From a virus: a DNA stretch of 64,000 nt. Shown here one piece after another: positions 48,282 through 57,872 of the stretch (position 1 is its first letter; the number at the start of each line of letters is the position of its first letter). The position numbers were made by a program, and so were the translations under genes. Under the pieces are notes generated by a model. That model did no database searches. It saw only the letters and a program-made list of their open reading frames with translations, and was not told the origin of the DNA. The stretch covers positions 32,001 to 96,000 of the IMG/VR virus record IMGVR_UViG_3300005529_000024. One strand, 5' to 3'.

Positions 48282-48548
48282 ATGGATGAAGTAACTGTCA
48301 AATTGATTTATCAGTTAGGCGCTTGGGCTGTTATCGGCGCTGCTTTTATCGTACTGATAAAATGGCTTCTTGGGCATGTTTCTAAATTAGTTGATACTAA
48401 CCGTGAATCATCCCAACATTTCGCTGAAGTAGCTCAGGGGTTTAAGGCGACTGTTGATAATCATATGCGAGACTGTACGGAGACACAACAGAAATTAGTA
48501 TCCGCTATAGAAAATATGAGCAAGCCGAAATCTAATAGGAGAAGATAA
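48282..48548 (+). CDS. Holin-like membrane protein
   Basis: N-terminal TM, charged C-terminus, abuts endolysin. Confidence 0.55.
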   Translation: MDEVTVKLIYQLGAWAVIGAAFIVLIKWLLGHVSKLVDTNRESSQHFAEVAQGFKATVDNHMRDCTETQQKLVSAIENMSKPKSNRRR

Positions 48549-48967
48549 TGATTTCGTTAAACGAGATCTTAAAGGGTGTGGATTTTGATTCACTACCTGA
48601 TGAACACAAAGCAAATCTAAATATTTTACTTCCAAGATTAAATCAAGTTAGAACAGCTTGGGGGCATCCGATGATCGTAGATTCCGGCTATCGGACCATG
48701 GCTGATCATCTTCGGATTTATGCAGCAAAAGGTATTACGGATCAATCAAAGATACCCATGAAATCAAAACATCTTTCAGGTGCTGCCGCTGATATCTCAG
48801 ACCCACATGATCTACTACAGGCTTGGGTTAAGGCTAATGAAGATTGGCTTGTCTCTACTGTTGGTTTATGGTGTGAGAGATTTGATTTCACAAAGAATTG
48901 GGTACATTTCCAATGTATTCCCTATGGTTCTTGGAAACCAGGTGGGAGTATATTTTTTATACCATAG
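48548..48967 (+). CDS. Endolysin, peptidase M15 family
   Basis: SGYR, SKHLSGAAAD, WVH. Confidence 0.85.
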   Translation: MISLNEILKGVDFDSLPDEHKANLNILLPRLNQVRTAWGHPMIVDSGYRTMADHLRIYAAKGITDQSKIPMKSKHLSGAAADISDPHDLLQAWVKANEDWLVSTVGLWCERFDFTKNWVHFQCIPYGSWKPGGSIFFIP

Positions 48968-49056
48968 CTTAGTTGTAATCTAGAGAAAAGTATTATAGTA
49001 CTGTAATACTTATCAGTATGTAACATGCATGTTAAAAATAAATTAAAGGAGATTTT

Positions 49057-49809
49057 ATGTCAATTACTGCCGCAGAACTTAAAACTTACGGTTCAGCTAA
49101 TATGCCTGAAGATGATACTTCTACCTCTGGTGGTGCTATCGACACGGCAACCAAAGTTGAATTTACCGACATCTCAGCACCAGATACAGTTAATCTTGTT
49201 TCTAGTGCAGCAGGCGATACCACACAGCTTGTGACTATCACTGGTCGTGATAATACCGGCGCTATCGTTAGTGGTAGTGCTACTCTTAATGGAACTACTC
49301 CTGTTACTGTTACTCCAGGTGGTGCTGGAACCTTTGAACGTATCCTCAAGATCGTCATGGGAGCAACAGCAGTAGGTACAGTTACTGCTACCAAAACAAC
49401 TGGTGGTGCAACAATCGCAACCCTCGAACCTGGAATCACTAAAGTTCGGCGTTTGTTCTATGATTCTTTCTCTACCGCTTCACCTACTACACGGTATGAG
49501 AAGATTTTCTGGAAGAACACTGACGGTTCGTTAACACTCACAAACGCAGTTATTCAGCTTTTCGCTGATCCTTCTTCTAAGCTGTTGCTTGGTCTTGCTA
49601 CAGCAAAGAACGATTCCGGATCTGTCGCTAACCGCTTGACTGCTCCAGGTGGGGTTACATTCGTTGGGGTTGGTGTAAACCAATCTGTTCCTGGAACTAC
49701 TCTCGAAGCTGGTGCTGTAATCGGGACTTGGATTGAGCTTTCGTTGCTTGCTAACGATAGTCCTTTGAAGTCTACCGGAACAACTCAGCTACAGGGTAAC
49801 AGCGTGTAA
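49057..49809 (+). CDS. Virion structural protein (paralog of 47065)
   Basis: Strong AAGGAG SD and terminator; high identity to 47065. Confidence 0.7.
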   Translation: MSITAAELKTYGSANMPEDDTSTSGGAIDTATKVEFTDISAPDTVNLVSSAAGDTTQLVTITGRDNTGAIVSGSATLNGTTPVTVTPGGAGTFERILKIVMGATAVGTVTATKTTGGATIATLEPGITKVRRLFYDSFSTASPTTRYEKIFWKNTDGSLTLTNAVIQLFADPSSKLLLGLATAKNDSGSVANRLTAPGGVTFVGVGVNQSVPGTTLEAGAVIGTWIELSLLANDSPLKSTGTTQLQGNSV

Positions 49810-49828
49810 TTGTTTTGTATTGAGATTT

Positions 49829-49874
49829 GGCGGTATGGTGCTTAATTGCATCATACCGCCTTATTTCCTTTTTT
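49829..49874 (+). terminator. Rho-independent terminator
   Basis: GGCGGTATGGTGC-TTAATT-GCATCATACCGCC followed by T-rich tail. Confidence 0.8.
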
Positions 49875-49877
49875 ATT

Positions 49878-49908
49878 TACCCTACCTTTTGCTTTTTCGC
49901 GTCTTGCA
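49878..49908 (+). promoter_or_regulatory. Putative phage-specific promoter, copy 3
   Basis: TACCCTACC-N12-GCGTCTTGCA right after terminator. Confidence 0.65.
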
Positions 49909-49998
49909 GTTAATAAGTACTCATATGTTTTATGTTGAGCATTGTTTTGTCATACAAACATATAAGTATTTGTATTTGTTAATATAAAGGAGAATAGA

Positions 49999-50256
49999 AT
50001 GTCAGATAAGAGTTCACGTCAGATTCAGTGGGAAGATCAAGTTATTGAAACGAGAAAGCAGATTAAGTACGTGTGTAACGGTCATCCACATCCAAGTAAC
50101 CCTATACTCAGGACTGGATGCGGCGAAGATCTCTCTGGATTTTTTCATAGCTTACCATTAGACGGTAAAGAAGGTGAATATAGATGCCCTAAATGTGGCG
50201 AAGTTCATATTTACCGAAGCCCTATTTATCCTGGTGATGATGTTTCGCTGGATTAA
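49999..50256 (+). CDS. Zn-ribbon protein
   Basis: C..C...CPKCG; AAGGAG SD. Confidence 0.6.
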   Translation: MSDKSSRQIQWEDQVIETRKQIKYVCNGHPHPSNPILRTGCGEDLSGFFHSLPLDGKEGEYRCPKCGEVHIYRSPIYPGDDVSLD

Positions 50257-50278
50257 TTTAAGGATTAGGAATTCATAA

Positions 50279-52765
50279 ATGTTCTCATCAATTGTATTTG
50301 GAGCATCTGGTTATGGCATAATTCCAAGTACAAGCGTGATCTTTTTAAGTGCCACACGCTCATTTAACGATGAATTCCTATTACAGCTTTCTAGAACTCG
50401 TTCGTTTAATTATGAGTTTCTTAAGCAATTAACTTCGAGTAAGGTTCATAACTATGAGTTTTTGAAGCAACTTGTAAGTGATCGTATCTTTGATTATGAG
50501 TATTTACTCCAATTAACGAGCGATAGATCCTTTTATTACGAGCTTCTTAAGCAATTAACTACTAGTAAGACGTTTAATGACGAATTCCTTAAACAGTTGA
50601 CGGCAAGTGGAATAGATAATTATGAGTTTCTTAAGCAATTAACAAATGATCGGATTTCTAATTACGAATTTTTAAAGCAGCTAACGACAAGCAAGATTTT
50701 TTATTACGAGTTTCTTTTACAGTCTACTGCTAGCAATATCCTCAGAGATGAATGGACGCTTCAGCTTAACAAATCCAAATCTTTTAATGACGAATGGACG
50801 AAGCTTATATATGATGACCGGGATGTTTTATATGAATTAACTCTTTTAATTAGCTCAGATAGAGCAACCAATAATGAAGCCGCTGGTGTCTCAACAAGCA
50901 ATAAGTCTTTTAGCGATGAGTGGTTACTCAGCATATCAGAAGACAGATCATTTTCAGATGAGTTCGGCATCCTTTTGTCTAATTCAGAGTCTTCTCGTTA
51001 TGAGAGTCTTGCTCAATTAACACAAGATCGTAATATCCTATATGAGTTATTAAACCTCGTAATTGATGATCGTATTTTTGATTACGAGATCAGCATACGC
51101 TCAGTATCTACTCAGCGTGATGTTGAGTATGAGTTTTTACAGCGTTTAACATCTAATAGATTATTCGACTATGAGTCTAGCGTATTCCTATCACAGGTTG
51201 AATTATCAAGTTATGAGTTTCTAAAGCAAATTGATGGTCTAGAAGTATTTAATAGCGAGTACAAAGGTTATTTCAATATATCAAGGTTATTTAACTATTC
51301 AACCTCTAGAGTATTAATACGGTCTAGATCTTTCAATGATGAATACAATGTTCTCCGGCTTCTTTCCAGACGTTTTAATGATGAGTATCTTGCCTCAATT
51401 ATTAATGGCGAGTTTCGTGGTATAGCTTGGGAACATCTTAAGCAACTCACTGTTGACTCGATATCACAATATTCTTTTGGAGCTAGCAGTTTATCGTTAA
51501 AGACATTTAATGATGAGGCTTATGGACTAATTACCTCAGACAGATTGGTTCGTTATGAGTTTCTAAAGAGATTCTTTACGAGATCATCCAGTAATCTTGA
51601 GTATAATATATTACTCAATTCATCTAAGCTATATAATGCTGAGTTTTTGCAGAGGCTTACTAATAGTCGATTGTTCAACGATGAAGCTCATGGAGTAATC
51701 CTAAGATCCAGGTCTTTAAACACAGAATGGTTAAGACTATTATCAAACAGCCGTTTATCTTCATATGAGTTCCTAAAGCAGTTTTCGAATGGCAGGAGTT
51801 TTAACCAGGAATATTCTAATAGGCTTGCGAAGAATCTGTCTAATCCCTATGAATATCTGAGGAAGCTTCGCTTAGCAAGATCATTTAGATATGAGTATTC
51901 TTCTCGTGTTCTTTATAACTCAATTAGCTCCTATGAGTATCTAGCTAGCATAATTGAGAAGAGGCTCTTCCTTGACGAATTTATAAGTAGTGATAAAAAG
52001 CTTGGCACGTTCTTTACTGAGTTTTACGGTCCAGCTATTAGCTCCAGGACATTCAATGATGAATATCTTATGTCTCTTTCACGTCAGAGAGCTATCGATT
52101 ATGAGCTAACAAGATCCATAATCGAGCGTAGGGTGTTTATTTACGAATCATTGCAGCGTATATCAAGATACGCCATTTCTACTGTTGAGGCTTTACGCAG
52201 GCTCAACGTTAATAGAACCGTGAATGATGAGATTCTATCCAGCGTTGTTAATGAGTCTATCTTTCGATATGAGCTACTATTAAGATTATTGAATAACAGA
52301 GTATTCAATGATGAGGCGTATGGATTTTTCTTCGAGAGATCCATAACCAATTATGAGAGTAAGAACACAGTACATAGCAATCGTATAAGTAATGTTGAAA
52401 GTCTTGCGTCAATCAATAACCGTGAGCAGATTGTATACGAAACGTTAGAACGTCTCTATGAGACATTAAAGCTTAACAATGAGCACATCCAGCGTTTGTA
52501 TTCAAGTAGTATTTCTCGATATGAATTTTCCGGATCTCTAACAGAAATCTCCCAGAACCTATATGAGATAATCCGGACTATTCTACAGCAATCTACTGTA
52601 CATGATGAAGGAAAGGGTATTATCACAAAGCAGAGAATCGCTAACTACGAAGAGGCTAAGACATTTCCTAGCTACGCTTTGGGTCTGAGTATATTCTCTG
52701 TGCCTGCTATCTCTATCAAGGTTTCTGCATCTGTGAAAGTAACAGATGAGGAGGTTAATCCATAA
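50279..52765 (+). CDS. Long 14-aa repeat fibre-like protein
   Basis: SFNDEFLLQLSRTR/SFNYEFLKQLTSSK etc. across nearly all 828 aa. Confidence 0.75.
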   Translation: MFSSIVFGASGYGIIPSTSVIFLSATRSFNDEFLLQLSRTRSFNYEFLKQLTSSKVHNYEFLKQLVSDRIFDYEYLLQLTSDRSFYYELLKQLTTSKTFNDEFLKQLTASGIDNYEFLKQLTNDRISNYEFLKQLTTSKIFYYEFLLQSTASNILRDEWTLQLNKSKSFNDEWTKLIYDDRDVLYELTLLISSDRATNNEAAGVSTSNKSFSDEWLLSISEDRSFSDEFGILLSNSESSRYESLAQLTQDRNILYELLNLVIDDRIFDYEISIRSVSTQRDVEYEFLQRLTSNRLFDYESSVFLSQVELSSYEFLKQIDGLEVFNSEYKGYFNISRLFNYSTSRVLIRSRSFNDEYNVLRLLSRRFNDEYLASIINGEFRGIAWEHLKQLTVDSISQYSFGASSLSLKTFNDEAYGLITSDRLVRYEFLKRFFTRSSSNLEYNILLNSSKLYNAEFLQRLTNSRLFNDEAHGVILRSRSLNTEWLRLLSNSRLSSYEFLKQFSNGRSFNQEYSNRLAKNLSNPYEYLRKLRLARSFRYEYSSRVLYNSISSYEYLASIIEKRLFLDEFISSDKKLGTFFTEFYGPAISSRTFNDEYLMSLSRQRAIDYELTRSIIERRVFIYESLQRISRYAISTVEALRRLNVNRTVNDEILSSVVNESIFRYELLLRLLNNRVFNDEAYGFFFERSITNYESKNTVHSNRISNVESLASINNREQIVYETLERLYETLKLNNEHIQRLYSSSISRYEFSGSLTEISQNLYEIIRTILQQSTVHDEGKGIITKQRIANYEEAKTFPSYALGLSIFSVPAISIKVSASVKVTDEEVNP

Positions 52766-53286
52766 TGGCTAATGTTTTACAGCAATCAACATTCGGGAAT
52801 GAGGCACGTGGCTTCTCATCCCAACAGAAGTCTGCCAATTATGAATTTGCTCCAATCCTTGGTGGTTATAGTCTTTCATTGATTGTTTTTTCTAAGGATG
52901 TTCTATCAATAGAACTTTTTTCAAACAGATTCGGAGGATACACAATGCTTCCCGCTCAGTATGATATGGGGGCTACAATTCCAATTTTAGCTTCCTTTTC
53001 TTTGACACCACCCTTTGGTGAGGCTATACCATCGGATATGGATCAAGCATTAATTACTATCGTTGATCCAAACGGTACTCTTGTTATCAATGCAGCTAGC
53101 ATGACACGAGTTCCGGATGTGGCCCCAACAGACATAAATCCGAGTGGCGTTAATAATGCGGGGAATTATTTTTACGATTATAACTCCGTGATAAATCCTG
53201 TGCTTGGTGTGTACCAAGTTAAGGTGCAGGGCATTAGGGCATTAACAACAGGCATAATAAAAGAATTTCTATTCCAGCTATCTTAG
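52765..53286 (+). CDS. Ig-like virion protein with N-terminal repeat units
   Basis: STFGNE/SANYE units, then I.DP.G...G.Y.Y.Y.....G.Y. Confidence 0.5.
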   Translation: MANVLQQSTFGNEARGFSSQQKSANYEFAPILGGYSLSLIVFSKDVLSIELFSNRFGGYTMLPAQYDMGATIPILASFSLTPPFGEAIPSDMDQALITIVDPNGTLVINAASMTRVPDVAPTDINPSGVNNAGNYFYDYNSVINPVLGVYQVKVQGIRALTTGIIKEFLFQLS

Positions 53287-53297
53287 AGAGGAACAAT

Positions 53298-54608
53298 ATG
53301 TCAAATAGCAAGATTGCGTCAGATGTCGCTACCAGACGTGCGGTACGTAAGATTTTTGAGCAAAGTCGATCTGATCAGACGGATCAACTTATTATCGAGC
53401 AAAACACTAAAGTACACCAGGATAAGTTCCTTGTAATCACGGATACTGGATCTGTTCTGCACATCGCTAAGAATCTCCTTGACGAAGGTGCCAGTGTTAT
53501 AGCTTGTATTCTTGATCCGGCCTATAAAGATGTCTATGAGGATATTGTTCCTAAGATACAGAATTATAATATCGCATTGGCTGATGGTGACAGGATTATA
53601 ATCTTCGATAGCAAGAATATCGAGTTAGCGGAAAGACTTCGGAGAGAAGATTACGCTGTTATCGGCGGTGGGTCTTTTAGTACAATGGATACCGTTAACC
53701 TGTATTCTATCTTAGAATCTGAAGGTCTCTCTCATCCAGAGATCTCCCGTTATAGCGGTTCTGATCTTCTTAAGCTTGAGAATGCATCCTTCCCTTATTC
53801 ATTTAGATCTACTGTAGACGGTCAGTCTTATTTTCTTAAAGATCGTGGCGACATATTGGAGAATGTAGCGCGGTTTGGTGAGGAGACTATCCTCAATCTC
53901 CGTAAGCATGTGGATGGTCCTGAATTAAAGATAGAGGCATGGTATGACGGCGAGAAATTCTGCTCTGATAGTGTCTCTATATTTGAAGGTCATAATTTCC
54001 TCCCTGGTGATTTGGGCGTAAATGTTGACTGTGCTTATAGCCTTACTGTGCCGGGAATATGTGATTCCTTATTCGAGAGTACTCTTAAGAAACTGGAAAA
54101 GCATCTTGGTTATGGATATGCTGGACCCGTTCAATTAACTCTTGCGATTTCGAGGGAGAATAAGACACCATATGTTATCGAGGCTTCTACCGATTGGTTG
54201 ACCTCTGGTATGCTGAGCCTTGTAAATACCTCCTTAATTAAGTTCTTTAAGTCTCTATGCGAGGGTACTCTTGACGTGCAGTTAGGTCATGCTTCACGTG
54301 CTGGAGTTCGAGTATCTATCCCTCCTTATCCGATCTTAACCGAGGGTATAGAGAATATTCCTGTTCGAGTCCCAGAAGAATCGTTTATTAACCTTAGCTT
54401 AAAGCTTCAGAATGACGTTCTTTGTACAACAGGCTCAACTGGTCTGTTAGGGGAAGTTTTTGCTGTTGATAAACAACCTTATACCGCTGTTAAGAAGATG
54501 CATGAGATTGCCAAGAACATAAAGTTGTCTCAGAAGCAGTATCGTTCTGATGCATGTGAGTCTGCACTCCGTAGGCTTACAGAGATCAAAAACATGAAAG
54601 TATTGTGA
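53298..54608 (+). CDS. Divergent PurD-like ATP-grasp protein
   Basis: V.GG, G.E...EAW.DG, FLPGDLGVN, GY.GP, VRVSIPPYP, QYRSD. Confidence 0.6.
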   Translation: MSNSKIASDVATRRAVRKIFEQSRSDQTDQLIIEQNTKVHQDKFLVITDTGSVLHIAKNLLDEGASVIACILDPAYKDVYEDIVPKIQNYNIALADGDRIIIFDSKNIELAERLRREDYAVIGGGSFSTMDTVNLYSILESEGLSHPEISRYSGSDLLKLENASFPYSFRSTVDGQSYFLKDRGDILENVARFGEETILNLRKHVDGPELKIEAWYDGEKFCSDSVSIFEGHNFLPGDLGVNVDCAYSLTVPGICDSLFESTLKKLEKHLGYGYAGPVQLTLAISRENKTPYVIEASTDWLTSGMLSLVNTSLIKFFKSLCEGTLDVQLGHASRAGVRVSIPPYPILTEGIENIPVRVPEESFINLSLKLQNDVLCTTGSTGLLGEVFAVDKQPYTAVKKMHEIAKNIKLSQKQYRSDACESALRRLTEIKNMKVL

Positions 54609-54943
54609 GGGAGAGTATGAATACACTAAAAATGGCTTTTCTTTTCTTGAAGAAACATTGGTATCTTGCGATAGCTGCGTTAGTCTTTGTGGCTGGTTGG
54701 GTTCTACGAGGTAAGGATTCCGCTTCAAATAATGACTTGTACGGTAAGATCCAAGCACGTCATGATGAAGTTGACAAGAATATCCTGGTCGCACAAATTA
54801 AGAAGGATAGTCAAGTCAATGACCTTATTCAACAGAAGAACATTAAGCTTGAGGAATTAGAAAGAGAAAAGGTTCAGAAGTTAGCTGAAGTAAAATCTGA
54901 TCCGGACAAGCTTGCAGACGCATTGAATAAGCTAACAAACTAA
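54605..54943 (+). CDS. N-terminal TM coiled-coil protein (i-spanin-like)
   Basis: TM followed by coiled coil. Confidence 0.45.
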   Translation: MRESMNTLKMAFLFLKKHWYLAIAALVFVAGWVLRGKDSASNNDLYGKIQARHDEVDKNILVAQIKKDSQVNDLIQQKNIKLEELEREKVQKLAEVKSDPDKLADALNKLTN

Positions 54944-54957
54944 ATAGGAGAATAACA

Positions 54958-55407
54958 TTGAAGAGATTAATTATACTTGTGTTGGTTCTTCTTATGGCTT
55001 TTCCTCCTCTCTTACTCGCTCAAGCCAAAGCTCAAGAAGTAACGCCATTTCAGAAGGATATCTACTACGGTCATAAAGGTGATGTCCTCAAATATGATTC
55101 CTATGTTGTACCTCCAGATCGGGCTGAGAAGCTCTTTGAATTGGCTAACGAGGCTGGTATTCTTGAGAGACGATACAATCTAGAGCTTGACACAGAGAAG
55201 CAGATCAATAAGATTAATACTGATTTTCTTACTCAATCTTATGAGGCTAAGCTTGCTGCTCGTAATGCGGACATTGCTGATTTGAAAAAGGCACTCAATA
55301 AAAAAGATCGGTTTTATGAGAAGAGGGAGTTTGGGTTTATTGTTGGTGTGGCTGTTACGGTGTTGTCATTCTTTCTTGCTTCATCTGCAATTAAAAGTGC
55401 TCGTTAA
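54958..55407 (+). CDS. Signal-peptide coiled-coil protein with C-terminal TM (spanin-partner-like)
   Basis: N-terminal signal, C-terminal hydrophobic helix, no lipobox Cys. Confidence 0.4.
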   Translation: MKRLIILVLVLLMAFPPLLLAQAKAQEVTPFQKDIYYGHKGDVLKYDSYVVPPDRAEKLFELANEAGILERRYNLELDTEKQINKINTDFLTQSYEAKLAARNADIADLKKALNKKDRFYEKREFGFIVGVAVTVLSFFLASSAIKSAR

Positions 55408-55413
55408 AAACTT

Positions 55414-55459
55414 AATCTACACTTTATCGCTAGTCGGTAAGGTGTAGATTTTCTTTTTT
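55414..55459. terminator. Terminator between convergent gene blocks
   Basis: AATCTACACTTTATCG..CGGTAAGGTGTAGATT followed by T run. Confidence 0.75.
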
Positions 55460-55751
55460 AAGTGTATCGATAAGCTCATCAGCAGTTCGTTTGATCTCAT
55501 AGGCCGCTACCTTTCCAACATCTCCATCAGTAAGATGTATATGCCTTGAGATTGTTTCTAACTGTTCGATCATCCATTTTTTATTGACTTCTTCCATCGG
55601 TTGACCTCAGCTATGAGTTTTTTGGTCGCCTTGATCTCTAAGCCACAATTATTACAAATCTGTGTTTTAATGTCTAAGATCCAATCGTGCCCGGATTTGA
55701 TCGGATTGCCATATTGGTCTTCACATCGTTTAATATTCATTTTGGCTCCAG

Positions 55752-56054
55752 CTAGAACGTAAGCACGAAGTAGAATCCTTCCCCTACTTCTCCTGGTCTA
55801 AATGGGTGTACACTTTCAGTAGTCTGATCATCCATGAGGATATTAAATCTCTTCTTCCCAATGGATAAAACCTCCATACTGCTTGCGAATATCATGTCCC
55901 CTTTCTTGTCTATCAGTGTACCACAGACAAGGATTTTCGGTGGATCATCGAAGAGGGTATGATATGCTTTAATCTTCTTTTTAAGAAGAGACAAATCGCT
56001 TGAGAAAAGTAATACTGTCGTCTTCGTAGGTTTGTAGGCCATGTTGTTCCCCAT
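55752..56054 (-). CDS. Hypothetical protein
   Basis: ORF in minus-strand block. Confidence 0.45.
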   Translation of the reverse strand: MGNNMAYKPTKTTVLLFSSDLSLLKKKIKAYHTLFDDPPKILVCGTLIDKKGDMIFASSMEVLSIGKKRFNILMDDQTTESVHPFRPGEVGEGFYFVLTF

Positions 56055-56064
56055 TTTTATGTTG

Positions 56065-56331
56065 CTAAAGTAGTGGACCTTGAGTTTGTCTTGAAACGTA
56101 GAGTTCCAATCGCTTGATCTCTTGTATCAAAGCATGGATTACTTCAGAAGCGGTAAAGAGATCAAAGACATCATCCTCAACTAAAATATCCGTGACTTTC
56201 GAGACGGTTGTTCCTTCCTTAATTAATTTTCTGAGGGAATTGGAGAATTTCTCGCTCATATTAATCCTCCTTTGTTTTAACATCTCTTGCACTGATAATA
56301 TCCGCTGCCATCCAGATAATTCGCATTTCAT
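56065..56331 (-). CDS. Hypothetical protein (likely start MSEKF)
   Basis: AGGAGG SD before internal ATG. Confidence 0.45.
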   Translation of the reverse strand: MKCELSGWQRILSVQEMLKQRRINMSEKFSNSLRKLIKEGTTVSKVTDILVEDDVFDLFTASEVIHALIQEIKRLELYVSRQTQGPLL

Positions 56332-56557
56332 TTAATTCTCTATCCGCTAACTTTATTAACTTTTCTGAGTAATAATCGCTCTCGATTAATTCACTGTTTA
56401 AATCTTGATCGGTAATGAGATCTAACTGTCTTCGGATGTGTTGATTTTTCAATACAGCTTTCATCGCACCACTGATATGTTTGGCACCTTTGGCTTGTTC
56501 CAGTGTCATATCAATTGTGAACCTACCGAAGAATGCTGTCTTGGTTAATCCGCTCAT
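56261..56557 (-). CDS. Hypothetical protein, tandem paralog B (start MSGL)
   Basis: Similar to 56559..56888. Confidence 0.6.
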   Translation of the reverse strand: MSGLTKTAFFGRFTIDMTLEQAKGAKHISGAMKAVLKNQHIRRQLDLITDQDLNSELIESDYYSEKLIKLADRELNEMRIIWMAADIISARDVKTKED

Positions 56558-56558
56558 C

Positions 56559-56888
56559 TTAGTCCCCATCAGGTGACAATACTGCTTGCTGTGATGTAGG
56601 TTGCCAAAACTTAAAATTAATATTGCCTGCCGCAATCCAGACGATACGCATTTCGTTGATCTCCCTATCAGTCAACTCTTCAGGAGAATAACCGCCATCT
56701 CTTAATTCGTTAATCAGATCGTCATCGTTGATGAGATCCAGTTGCTTTCGAATAGCGGGATTTTTCAACAGAGCTTTCGCGTCTTCGTCACAACGGCCAG
56801 TATGGTATGTATCTTTAGCCTGCTCTTTTGTCATCTCAATTGTGAATCTATTAAAGAATGCTGCCTCTATTTTATGCATTTTTCCCAA
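56559..56888 (-). CDS. Hypothetical protein, tandem paralog A
   Basis: AFF.RFTI.MT.EQAK...QLDLI...DRE.NEMRI.W.AA. Confidence 0.6.
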   Translation of the reverse strand: MGKMHKIEAAFFNRFTIEMTKEQAKDTYHTGRCDEDAKALLKNPAIRKQLDLINDDDLINELRDGGYSPEELTDREINEMRIVWIAAGNINFKFWQPTSQQAVLSPDGD

Positions 56889-56897
56889 CTCCCGTTA

Positions 56898-57236
56898 CTA
56901 TCTGATTTTATCGATCTCCTTCTGGATCTCTGCCAACTCGGATGCATATTTCAAGATTAAATCTTCTGACTCAGAACGAAACCCACTACATGCTTCACTG
57001 TTAATACTTTTGAATTGTTTGTGCTCTTTTTCTGGAATGCAGCTATTCCTCATCCAGTGACAACAATTACCACAGCGTCTTGCTGTAACAGATGATAATT
57101 GCTGTTTTACTTGTCGCTTCTTATCTTCGAGACAAACTAACTTTGAGACTTCCATGAAGCTATCGAATATCCTATCAGTTAGGCTACTCAATTTATCCTC
57201 CTTTGGCTTTTTGAAGAGCAGCTTCAGTTTTTTCAA
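56898..57236 (-). CDS. Cys-rich hypothetical protein
   Basis: CGNC.HW..C..C. Confidence 0.45.
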   Translation of the reverse strand: MKKLKLLFKKPKEDKLSSLTDRIFDSFMEVSKLVCLEDKKRQVKQQLSSVTARRCGNCCHWMRNSCIPEKEHKQFKSINSEACSGFRSESEDLILKYASELAEIQKEIDKIR

Positions 57237-57399
57237 TTGTTCTGATCAGGTTGCAGCAGCAGATATTGACAGAATGGTCACAGGGTCCGATTTCTTTCAG
57301 GGTAATTTTCAATTCCTCCAGGGCCATCGTCAGTGCGTCAAAAAGATCTTGTGCAGCATCAGTTAAACTATTATTTGGTTTTGGATTTTTCATTTTCAT
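57193..57399 (-). CDS. Small hypothetical protein
   Basis: GGAGG SD. Confidence 0.45.
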   Translation of the reverse strand: MKMKNPKPNNSLTDAAQDLFDALTMALEELKITLKEIGPCDHSVNICCCNLIRTIEKTEAALQKAKGG

Positions 57400-57544
57400 C
57401 CTCCCCTAGATCTACTGGTTGCCGACAGGTTAAGCAGTAATGTTTCCCGCTCACTAAGCGTTTGACGCCTGCCAGCAGCATAAATTTATCTTTTACTATT
57501 TTGTGCCCCAGATGCGGATTCTCTGTATCCATGAGCTTCCCTTC

Positions 57545-57853
57545 TTATTTCTTGACCGCAATGCTGAATGAGCCACAGCTATTATACACATGGAAACCGG
57601 ATAACTCATCATTTTCAAAAGCTGTAATATAATCGCGGGATCTACCGACAACCCATGCTCCAGTGATTCCGAGTGAGTGTTCCATATGCTTTTCTGTCTC
57701 AACAACTGGTTTAAATGATCTATCCTGGCTAAACACAATGCCATCTGTCATTCCATCGAACTCACTTTCATGGGCTATCAGGAGTTTGCCCTTATTCTTT
57801 TTGACAAAGCTTTTGAGTGTCGCCATCGTAGGTTTTGCCATCTCTCCCTCCAT
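57545..57853 (-). CDS. Conserved phage early-type protein
   Basis: First gene after minus-strand promoter; FDGMTDG...YNSCGS. Confidence 0.6.
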   Translation of the reverse strand: MEGEMAKPTMATLKSFVKKNKGKLLIAHESEFDGMTDGIVFSQDRSFKPVVETEKHMEHSLGITGAWVVGRSRDYITAFENDELSGFHVYNSCGSFSIAVKK

Positions 57854-57872
57854 TGTTTGTTTAGTTGACTAT

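Noticed and set aside
39664-49809. Diversity-generating retroelement acting on fibre paralogs
   Set aside because: No reverse transcriptase, and no template/variable repeat pair with adenine-specific differences was seen
50340-50760. Near-periodic DNA repeats (tatgagtttcttaagcaattaac) resembling a CRISPR array
   Set aside because: 42-bp period with synonymous variation inside an open 828-aa ORF; these are protein repeats, and no cas genes are present
1-55400. Many minus-strand and alternate-frame ORFs in the track
   Set aside because: Shadows of well-supported + strand genes, with no motifs or SD sites
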